DNA of 64,000 nt, from the sequence record MW812341.1; one strand, written 5' to 3'. The notes under the pieces are model-generated. The model was not told where the DNA came from and ran no database searches. It saw only the letters and a list, made by a program, of their open reading frames with translations. Position numbers and translations under genes: made by a program. Shown here in pieces: positions 28,272 to 35,801 of the stretch; the stretch's first letter is position 1, and each line of letters opens with the position of its first letter.

Positions 28272-28733
28272 TTAAGAACGCGGGATAAAGAAGGTACGAG
28301 CACGCGGGTTCCATTCGAGACCGGCACGCAGATAAGTCACAAGGTCTTCGAAACGATACGCGTCACGGACAGTGTAGCGGGTATTGTAATCGGTGAGCAC
28401 CAACACAACTTCACCATCGCCGCGAATGACTTCCACTTCGAAAGAGAGATCGCTGATATCGTTGTCGCTTGGCGACGTCACGATATGTCCAGCATAACGG
28501 GATGCCCAGTCGCCGAAATCATCCATAAGACAATCTTTGAAACGACGAGGCAGTCCTTCGAGAACACCGTCTGCGAATTTCTGCTTCTTACCGGCTTCGC
28601 ACTGTGCCGTTTCTGTAATAACCAGAGTGAACAGGTTCATAACCTGGCGGCGATGCGTTTGCAGATAAGACAGCACCTTATCACGAACATCGAGAGATTT
28701 GACGGTGTTGGTAAACTCTTCGTTTAAAGCCAT
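28272..28733 (-). CDS. Hypothetical early protein (153 aa)
   Basis: SD AAGGA; early promoter upstream; GGCGACC-CGAA-GGCCGCC hairpin downstream. Confidence 0.75.
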   Translation of the reverse strand: MALNEEFTNTVKSLDVRDKVLSYLQTHRRQVMNLFTLVITETAQCEAGKKQKFADGVLEGLPRRFKDCLMDDFGDWASRYAGHIVTSPSDNDISDLSFEVEVIRGDGEVVLVLTDYNTRYTVRDAYRFEDLVTYLRAGLEWNPRARTFFIPRS

Positions 28734-28788
28734 GTTAATAGTCCTTAATGGGTAGTAATTGAATGGAGTAAATGCCTAACTCCACCTA

Positions 28789-28806
28789 GGTAATATATAT
28801 CTGAAA
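28789..28806 (-). promoter_or_regulatory. Early promoter (TTTCAGATATATATTACC)
   Basis: Contains the exact phiKZ-type TATATTAC; identical 18-mer at 31972. Confidence 0.7.
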
Positions 28807-28815
28807 TATTTTCTA

Positions 28816-29394
28816 CTACGGGATAACGTGATAGATGTACTTACGGGTTGTGAAGCCGTACTGCGTTAAGCGCTTACAGATGTCTTTTTCTGCCTTACGT
28901 ACCGGCATGGACAGATGCAGTTCAAGGCGTGCTGTTTCACCGTGCTCAGCAATCGTCTTGATGTCCTTTTCAATCTTGCTCGCATCCATGAACTTGAAGC
29001 GAGTCAGTACACCAATAGCCTGCTTCTTGTGGCGCATAATCCGCCAGATAGAATACTCATTATCCAAGCGCGTATTAGAAGGCAGATGCACTTCGGCAAA
29101 GCGATAACGGCTACTGCGTAGATATGCACGGAAAATCTCAGCATCAATCGTATCCACGTCGGAGTAGATACAATAGATGTTGCGCGTCATGCGGTCATCT
29201 TCTGAATCGGGGGTGTCCACAAACACCGCGTTCACATCCCAAGAGCCTGCGTCACGCAGTAGAATCAAAACGCTTCCCGGTACTTTGCCCATGTAAAGGC
29301 GTGCGGTGCCGAGGATATCCGCTTTCGGTAACTCACCTTCGCGGTGTAGTCGTTCCAACTCTACAGTGTTGTGATATTTGTGAACTTGTAACAT
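28816..29394 (-). CDS. Hypothetical protein (192 aa)
   Basis: SD AGGAG; C-terminus YGFTTRKYIY. Confidence 0.75.
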   Translation of the reverse strand: MLQVHKYHNTVELERLHREGELPKADILGTARLYMGKVPGSVLILLRDAGSWDVNAVFVDTPDSEDDRMTRNIYCIYSDVDTIDAEIFRAYLRSSRYRFAEVHLPSNTRLDNEYSIWRIMRHKKQAIGVLTRFKFMDASKIEKDIKTIAEHGETARLELHLSMPVRKAEKDICKRLTQYGFTTRKYIYHVIP

Positions 29395-29468
29395 AAGTCA
29401 AACTCCTAAAATGAATGGGTTGTCGCGTAAAAAATGAGAGTGGGGGCGTCTTAGCGCCCCTCAATCAA

Positions 29469-30005
29469 TTACAGTGGTAAACGTTCTTCGGTGCCGTAAC
29501 GGATAGCGCCGGAACGGAAGCTGATAACCATGCTGCTTTCGCGGCAGGCTGCCATGCCTTTGAATACTACGCCATCGTAATGCTTAGCCTGCGCATCGGC
29601 GATGTTTTCGTTGAAGCTAAAGAACAGTTCGGTGCTTACCGGCAATTCCATGAAGTTCTCAAGGTCTTGCTCAAATAAATTCGCAGCTGTGTAATTAACA
29701 TCTTCGATCGGGGCTACGACTTCTGCCCAGAAGTTGGTATTGGTGATTTGTGCATGGACGCGATCGTTGCCCAGCAAGCGTTCACGAATCTTCTGGTCGT
29801 CCCAACCCAGCTCACGCAGCATCTTAGGCTCGAAGAACGGGTCTTCTGGACGGTCGATGAACGGCTTATCGATCGGTACCGAAACTGGAATCAGAGTATG
29901 ACTCTGCATAACGTCGGCCAGCTCCAACGCGCTTTTACGTTTCAGAACGATTGGTGGGAATTCATTCTGGTAATCATTAGCGACAACAAAACCTTGGTAG
30001 TTCAT
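29469..30005 (-). CDS. Hypothetical protein, weak ADP-ribosyltransferase-like motif
   Basis: C-terminal HYDGVVFKG..MVISF resembles the GYDGI..V.F of ART-like domains. Confidence 0.6.
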   Translation of the reverse strand: MNYQGFVVANDYQNEFPPIVLKRKSALELADVMQSHTLIPVSVPIDKPFIDRPEDPFFEPKMLRELGWDDQKIRERLLGNDRVHAQITNTNFWAEVVAPIEDVNYTAANLFEQDLENFMELPVSTELFFSFNENIADAQAKHYDGVVFKGMAACRESSMVISFRSGAIRYGTEERLPL

Positions 30006-30016
30006 AGTGTTCTCCT

Positions 30017-30583
30017 TTACAGAATGTAAACGCGACGTGTGATTGTGTAGCCATGGACTTCCGCTAAGTGGCGGCCCATGCTGTGTTGTTTTGCTGGGTT
30101 AGTGTAACCCAAGCTGAAACGGATTCCCGGTGCCTGCTTAACCATATCGTTAAGGTCATGCTCGGTGATATTCATATCGGAGTCATCCAGCTCAACTCCA
30201 TGGTAGGCCGTAACGGAACGGCCCGCAGGTTCTTCCATAGGCGAATAACGGATGACACCGGCTTCCATTTCTTCGACGTGTACGTGGAACGGTAAATCGT
30301 ACGCGACGACATCGCCTTGCTTACCGTATTGAGTGCGATAACGTGCCATCAGCTTCGGGTTAAGGTCTAACATCACAGTAGCGATCGCTGTTAAGTGATG
30401 AAGATTCTTACCCATCATCGGAATGACATGATGGTGAACTGCAAAGACAGCCTTCGGAATACCGTCTTCTTCAAAGACCGCATATTGCTCAACCGGCGTC
30501 TTCTCTAACACCTCAGCAAGGTTAGGCATCTTCTTGCCATACTTGTCGATAATCCGCTCAGCGGTCATCTGGTAAATTAACAT
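30017..30583 (-). CDS. Hypothetical protein (188 aa)
   Basis: C-terminus HGYTITRRVYIL. Confidence 0.7.
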   Translation of the reverse strand: MLIYQMTAERIIDKYGKKMPNLAEVLEKTPVEQYAVFEEDGIPKAVFAVHHHVIPMMGKNLHHLTAIATVMLDLNPKLMARYRTQYGKQGDVVAYDLPFHVHVEEMEAGVIRYSPMEEPAGRSVTAYHGVELDDSDMNITEHDLNDMVKQAPGIRFSLGYTNPAKQHSMGRHLAEVHGYTITRRVYIL

Positions 30584-30598
30584 GGTGGTGTTTCCGTA

Positions 30599-31246
30599 TT
30601 AGTTCAGGAGCAGGAGGGAGTTGCCGTAAGATTCGCTATCTGACCAACCGATAGCCAAAGCCGCAATACTGACCGAGTCAAGGATGTGGACATCCACCCC
30701 ATCGACCATGCACACCTCTTTAACGTAAGCCGAAGGCATCAGATAGACTGGGTCATCTTCTGAGGTTGCTTCCGGCAACGGTAAACGTGGCATTGCTACG
30801 TCCCACCATGGTGCATCAATATCCACGAACTCAGCGTGGAAGTTTAGATGTACCTTACCTTTACCAGTTACCAACACCTGTAGAATAATGTTCGTCTGGT
30901 TTGTTGAAGGGAAAGCCTGTCCACCGAAATCTACGGTACCCTCGACGGATACTGAATCTTTCAACTTAACGTCGATGAACAAATCTTCAACACTACCGTA
31001 GTGTTTAAATAGCAGCTCCCTGATGCGGGGAACCATTGTAGCGAGGCGGTCATCTTCTTCCGCCACAACGTCCGGTTTAGTCGCCAGATTCTCCGGCACA
31101 GAACCAAGGTCTGTGTAGTCCGCGAAGACGGTAGGTACAACCTGCTTACCACGCCGTTGGCAGACTTTATAAACCACCGCGTTGATAAGGAAAGTGGCAT
31201 CGTTAGTTTCGTGAGTTCTTGCAATAGCGCGATCTAATACGTTCAT
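30599..31246 (-). CDS. Hypothetical protein, paralog array B
   Basis: PVYLM ... ALAIGWSDSESYGNSLLL. Confidence 0.75.
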   Translation of the reverse strand: MNVLDRAIARTHETNDATFLINAVVYKVCQRRGKQVVPTVFADYTDLGSVPENLATKPDVVAEEDDRLATMVPRIRELLFKHYGSVEDLFIDVKLKDSVSVEGTVDFGGQAFPSTNQTNIILQVLVTGKGKVHLNFHAEFVDIDAPWWDVAMPRLPLPEATSEDDPVYLMPSAYVKEVCMVDGVDVHILDSVSIAALAIGWSDSESYGNSLLLLN

Positions 31247-31270
31247 GATTTATCCTTGATGGTCTGTAGG

Positions 31271-31921
31271 TTATTTAACTAAAACTAATTGGGTACCGAA
31301 AATCTGTACTGTTCTCCAACCCGCTCTGATAGCGAGCACTGCAAAATCCTGAATGGTTTCATCGCCAGTCGATATCAGTTTCATATCCTCTTCACGCAGA
31401 ACCAATACTGGGGCTTCGTCAGTAACGGTTTGGTCTGGGCGAGGGAAAGCGGAACGATCCCATTCGAGCTTCACGCCGGTATCTTTATACTGGCTATATG
31501 GCGGTAAGACTAAGATGGCACGATGCCACAATGGCGGTCGGTCGAAAACAGACATCTGTATTTCAATAGTGACAGCCGATACGGCACTCTTGTAAAAATC
31601 TGGGTTCATGCGGTTTTCTGGAAGCATTAATCCATCCGACACCTTGACAAGTAGCACCGCTTCTGAAATCTCGTTATCTTTTACTACCTCATGAAATGCG
31701 TCGTTCATCAAACGGCGGATGTTGTTGCAAAGTTCATTGTCTTTATGCGGCATCTCTTTCACGCGTTTATCGACAACCATCTCGTCAATAATTCTAAACT
31801 GCTGGTATACCTCTGGATTAGATTTCGTCAATGCCCCCACGGCAATTTGATACGTGTTGATTAAAGCCATAGTGGCTTCACCTTTGGTCATTGCGTTAAA
31901 TACGTTGTAGAACAAATTCAT
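31271..31921 (-). CDS. Hypothetical protein, paralog array B
   Basis: PVLVL ... AIRAGWRTVQIFGTQLVL. Confidence 0.75.
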   Translation of the reverse strand: MNLFYNVFNAMTKGEATMALINTYQIAVGALTKSNPEVYQQFRIIDEMVVDKRVKEMPHKDNELCNNIRRLMNDAFHEVVKDNEISEAVLLVKVSDGLMLPENRMNPDFYKSAVSAVTIEIQMSVFDRPPLWHRAILVLPPYSQYKDTGVKLEWDRSAFPRPDQTVTDEAPVLVLREEDMKLISTGDETIQDFAVLAIRAGWRTVQIFGTQLVLVK

Positions 31922-31971
31922 AATGGACTCCTTGATAGGCGATTTAAAAGAACTGATTGAATTCTCACTTA

Positions 31972-31989
31972 GGTAATATATATCTGAAA
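31972..31989 (-). promoter_or_regulatory. Early promoter (TTTCAGATATATATTACC)
   Basis: Identical to 28789-28806. Confidence 0.7.
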
Positions 31990-32029
31990 AAATATATAAT
32001 ACTAGGGAGCCCGGAGGCTCCCTTTTCTG

Positions 32030-32743
32030 TTAGCGAACCATAATGTCTGCTTTCAGTAATACTTGCTGACCGTGGAACGAAACTTCACTCCACCCGTAAC
32101 GCCGCGCCATCAGATAAATCCCCAAACGGTCTTCCTTCACCGTACAGCCAAAGGTGTTCTTCGTTTGCTGGGAATTCACCAGATATACCGGAGAAGCGAT
32201 AGAGCGTTCTTCGATATCTGGCATCTGTGGGTTGTCGATAAGGTTATCCGCATGATCTAATTCGATTTCATAGTTGAATTCGTGGAATTGCTCGGAAACG
32301 TAGCTCATCGGCTCGCTACTTGCCGCCTGAACGAAAGCGATACGCAGTGTGGCGGTAGCATGACCGTGGGTAGCAATCGGCGCAAAAATATTCAACGTAG
32401 AACGAACACGCTCGATGTTCCGGTTCTTACCCGATTCTTTCTCTGCTATCGCCAGCGCTTTCTCGTACTGACGGCTGAATTCGCCTAACCCCATTTCGTC
32501 AGTCAGCGTTAAGTACAGGTTACCGCGTGCCATGTCTTCATGAAGTTCTTTGCATGTAATCATCTTACAGAAAAAGACTGGGCGTAGCAGGTCGCGGAAT
32601 AAATCCTTGCCGACATTCTGCCCGACCTTACGCATGATAAGGGAGACTTTGCTGTCTGTAGGGTTGAGGTTGTACGAATCAGCAATAACACCTGCAATGC
32701 CTTCGTAATTGATTTTTACAATGCTTCTTTCTGACTGGTTCAT
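32030..32743 (-). CDS. Hypothetical protein, paralog array B
   Basis: PVYLV ... ARRYGWSEVSFHGQQVLL. Confidence 0.75.
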   Translation of the reverse strand: MNQSERSIVKINYEGIAGVIADSYNLNPTDSKVSLIMRKVGQNVGKDLFRDLLRPVFFCKMITCKELHEDMARGNLYLTLTDEMGLGEFSRQYEKALAIAEKESGKNRNIERVRSTLNIFAPIATHGHATATLRIAFVQAASSEPMSYVSEQFHEFNYEIELDHADNLIDNPQMPDIEERSIASPVYLVNSQQTKNTFGCTVKEDRLGIYLMARRYGWSEVSFHGQQVLLKADIMVR

Positions 32744-32822
32744 ATCTGCTTTCCTAATTAAGTAAGTACAGCCAACGACATTGGGTATTCGCCAATGAAA
32801 ACGTTAGCGTATGGCTTATCGC

Positions 32823-32848
32823 CATAGCACTAGCTGCTCCTGTAAAAA
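32823..32848 (-). promoter_or_regulatory. Bipartite middle-type promoter TTTTTACA-N14-TATG
   Basis: Counted spacing; upstream flank (AGTCTTTTTACAG) nearly identical to the 5093 site. Confidence 0.6.
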
Positions 32849-32997
32849 GACTAAGGTCAACAGATAACAGAACTAAAGGAAGTCGGAGTCATTCCATTCC
32901 TCCTCCGAGATCTATGCAATAGTCACACAGATCCCCCTTACCCCCCTGAAGTTTCCTTCAAGCAAAAAGAAGAGATCGATCCGTAAAAAAGAGTAAT

Positions 32998-33945
32998 ATG
33001 AGAACCGAGGAGGTAAGCGTGGAAAAGTCTAATGTCGATTTCTACTCGCTGGGTGTGGTGGCAGAAGATAAACCGCGTGGCACCGACCGAGTGAAAATCA
33101 TACCGATCGAAGTCAGCTTCATGGAGCCGACAAAGGTCGCCGTCCAAGAGAGCGAGACTGAGCACCAGTATTCGACCGGTACAGCGACTGATAGCCTGAA
33201 AGTCAAAGAGGGGAACCACATCACAGCCAAGTGGTGGAAGTTCAACTCGAACCGCGTTAATTCGCCAGATGTGAAACGTGAAGACCAGGTCATGATTTAT
33301 CGCCTCGGCAAAACGGATATCTATTTCTGGGTGGACTTGAACTCCTCTAACGTCAAACGTTTAGAGGATGCCATTTACGCTTGGTCAGGTGACCCGAAGA
33401 ACCAGATGGCGGATGACCTGTCGAATGCCTACGTCATGAACTTCTCCCCGATGGATAAACACATCACGATTCGTACGTCAATGTCGAACGGTGAGAAGAA
33501 TGCCTATATTTGGCAGTTCAACACGCGCGACGGTACGTGGCTGTGTCGTGATGACTTAGGCAACCAGTATTACATGAACTCCCAGGAATACGACTTGGGC
33601 TTCGAGAACGCTATGCGCTCGAAGATTAACATCAATAAAGAAGACGCCTTCATCTTCACCACCAAGTCCATTAACATGGAAACGAAGCTGGTGAAAGTGA
33701 AGTGTGATATCTGGGATGCCACAGCCGCTAAGACAGTGGACTGGAAAACGAAGCAATGGACAACCGATTCGCCGAAGTCAACTTACACCGGAAACTTCGA
33801 TGTAGGCAAAGACTTCTCTTACGGCGGAGTGGGTGAAGGTAAAGGTCTGTTCACTGTTAGCGACGCGAAGATTGCCAATATCACCTTCTCTGTGCATACG
33901 CACCGTGAACAAGGTGACGGTAATCTGGTATCCAAACCACAGTAA
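32998..33945 (+). CDS. Baseplate central spike / tail tip protein (gpV/gp5-like, phiKZ gp164-like)
   Basis: N-terminal OB-like GVVAEDK..A.W..P....D.V, beta-helix-like C-terminus, terminal HTH metal motif; near SbcC as in phiKZ. Confidence 0.7.
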   Translation: MRTEEVSVEKSNVDFYSLGVVAEDKPRGTDRVKIIPIEVSFMEPTKVAVQESETEHQYSTGTATDSLKVKEGNHITAKWWKFNSNRVNSPDVKREDQVMIYRLGKTDIYFWVDLNSSNVKRLEDAIYAWSGDPKNQMADDLSNAYVMNFSPMDKHITIRTSMSNGEKNAYIWQFNTRDGTWLCRDDLGNQYYMNSQEYDLGFENAMRSKININKEDAFIFTTKSINMETKLVKVKCDIWDATAAKTVDWKTKQWTTDSPKSTYTGNFDVGKDFSYGGVGEGKGLFTVSDAKIANITFSVHTHREQGDGNLVSKPQ

Positions 33946-33948
33946 CTC

Positions 33949-33974
33949 TTTTTACAGATGGTGCCTGGTATATG
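33949..33974 (+). promoter_or_regulatory. Bipartite middle-type promoter TTTTTACA-N14-TATG
   Basis: Counted spacing; no substantial ORF follows before the terminator. Confidence 0.55.
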
Positions 33975-34148
33975 ACGAAGGTCACAAGCGTCGAATAATC
34001 GACAAACTCTTTTATCTCATCGCTTGCGAGCATCGGCCACTTTTTTCGCAAAAAAGTTTGAAGATTCACAATAGGGCTACGGCAGACCTTCGGGTTTAAA
34101 TTAAAGTCGTAGGGGAAATCCGCTGTCCTTCGGGATGGCGGTATTTTT
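33974..34148 (+). ncRNA. Candidate structured small RNA (about 175 nt)
   Basis: Promoter- and terminator-bounded; hairpins at 34039-34057, 34077-34112 (UUCG) and 34120-34141 (UUCG plus U-tail). Confidence 0.4.
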
Positions 34149-34149
34149 C

Positions 34150-34175
34150 TTTTTACAGGACAGCCTGTTACTATG
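34150..34175 (+). promoter_or_regulatory. Bipartite middle-type promoter TTTTTACA-N14-TATG
   Basis: Counted spacing; upstream of the DUF1471 gene. Confidence 0.6.
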
Positions 34176-34217
34176 CTTTATGGCATACTGCCTACTTAAT
34201 CAATAGAGGGATTCACG

Positions 34218-34427
34218 ATGAGCATTAAAGAATTTGCTTCCGCTGAGACTATTCCAGCTGAGTATAAGAAAATTGGCAATGTAACTGCAAACGGCAGCAC
34301 CGTTGATGAAGTAACTGCCGAGCTGGCGAAAGCAGCCGAAGCGAAAGGCGGCGACGCATTCAAAGTTATCGGTGTCTCCGGTAACAACAAACTGCACGGT
34401 GATGCGATCGTCTACAAAAAAGACTAA
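34218..34427 (+). CDS. DUF1471 (BhsA/YdgH/McbA-like) protein without signal peptide
   Basis: KKIGNVTANGST.DE...ELAKAAEAKGGDAFKVIGVSGNNKLHGDAIVYK; in-frame TAA at 34197 excludes an upstream signal peptide. Confidence 0.8.
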   Translation: MSIKEFASAETIPAEYKKIGNVTANGSTVDEVTAELAKAAEAKGGDAFKVIGVSGNNKLHGDAIVYKKD

Positions 34428-34431
34428 GCGC

Positions 34432-34488
34432 AAAAAGTAATAGGTCTCCTACTCCCAATTGGGAGTAGGAGTTTACCTTTATTTTTTT
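34432..34488. terminator. Bidirectional intrinsic terminator
   Basis: CTCCTACTCCC-AATT-GGGAGTAGGAG with flanking A- and T-runs. Confidence 0.8.
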
Positions 34489-35735
34489 CGTGCTTTGATA
34501 CGAATCATCTCAACGTTAATCATACGGTACACGTTAGGTGCAACGATAGGTTTAACATCGGTAATCGCATTTTGGTTATGCCACTTAGCGCGTGAGAAGA
34601 GATAGTTCTGCCGAGTAATCTCGGTCGTGTGGAATGTCCACTCCCCTTCTTCCCAGGTTGGCCAGTAGCTAACCGTTTTCCCGAAGTCGTTGTTCAACAT
34701 CCCCAGTGGCTTCTCACTGTCGATATCGTTCGGGTCACGTAAATGGAATCGTCCGTATGAGGCACCGTGGTTAATCCCAACATGCTCGAATTCCAGATAT
34801 GGGTTATCCACAATCACGATAAAGGAAGATTCGTGTTCCAGTAACGCCTTCATGGTTTCCGGGTTACGAATGCGCGATACCTGCGTGGCGGTAGACAAGT
34901 CACCTACACCGATGCTATCCCAGTCGTAATAGTCACGAGTTTCCAGAATAGTTTTCACCAGACTGAAATTCGGCAGACTCAACATGATGGCCTTGTCACT
35001 GAAATAGAATTCTGGTTTCAGCCAGTGCAGAATGCCACCAATCACATAACCCACTTTCTTACCGGTGATGCTGGTCGGTAACGTTAGCAATAAGGTGGAG
35101 TTATAGTCACGACTGGTGTCGAGTTTTGAGAGAGTCAGACCTTTGATAGGAACAGTCTGTACATTCCCGATGTCGTTGAACACCAGACACCCGATATCCA
35201 GATAACCCGTACGCCGCACGATGTTACCGGCACCCGGTAAACGTACGCCTACTGAGTCCGCAGTAGAAGGCACCCATTGTCCGTTGATACAGTAGAGCGC
35301 ATTATTACGGAGAACATCACGGTCAGCCTCGCTCACGATAACAACGTCGTGGGCGTCCTCTAACGCGAAGTCTTGAGTGTAATGATAGTTCGGTGGGCAG
35401 ATGTAAGCTTCCGGCCCTACGTTGGCATTGAGCGACTGCCAGTGCGCATGAGAGAACTCCAGTACCGGTAATCCATCGGTCAGCAGTTTTAATGCCACCC
35501 CGGCTTTGGTATTCAGCCAATCTTGTAATGTACCGGTACGGTTTTGTAAATCGGCTTTGTAATCCTGGCTATGCAGAGTGTAAAGCAGCCCCAGTGATTC
35601 CAGACCTACCTCAAAGGAGTGGTAGGTAGCATACAGGGTTTTTAGCGGCTGTGTAACGTCGATGGTTCCCCAAGTCCGGGACTCTCGGTTGAAGCCATAC
35701 GCGCTGTCCGCCCGCACTTGATAAATAGCGTCCAC
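34479..35735 (-). CDS. Probable virion structural (tail/baseplate) protein
   Basis: 418 aa, GTG start with SD GAGGA; location next to the fibre genes. Confidence 0.65.
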   Translation of the reverse strand: MDAIYQVRADSAYGFNRESRTWGTIDVTQPLKTLYATYHSFEVGLESLGLLYTLHSQDYKADLQNRTGTLQDWLNTKAGVALKLLTDGLPVLEFSHAHWQSLNANVGPEAYICPPNYHYTQDFALEDAHDVVIVSEADRDVLRNNALYCINGQWVPSTADSVGVRLPGAGNIVRRTGYLDIGCLVFNDIGNVQTVPIKGLTLSKLDTSRDYNSTLLLTLPTSITGKKVGYVIGGILHWLKPEFYFSDKAIMLSLPNFSLVKTILETRDYYDWDSIGVGDLSTATQVSRIRNPETMKALLEHESSFIVIVDNPYLEFEHVGINHGASYGRFHLRDPNDIDSEKPLGMLNNDFGKTVSYWPTWEEGEWTFHTTEITRQNYLFSRAKWHNQNAITDVKPIVAPNVYRMINVEMIRIKARKK

Positions 35736-35801
35736 AAGCGGTTCCTCTAAGGTTGAAGGTCATAGTATGAACGTGACGGCCTTAGACAAAAGGAGTATAA
35801 C

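Noticed and set aside
29408-29434. TTTTTTACG as an eleventh bipartite promoter
   Set aside because: Position N14 is TTTT, not TATG/TGTG; may be only a terminator tail
33881-34069. 62-aa minus-strand ORF as the explanation for the intergenic region
   Set aside because: GTG start with weak SD, overlaps the spike gene 3' end, and promoter/terminator polarity favours a plus-strand RNA; not fully excluded
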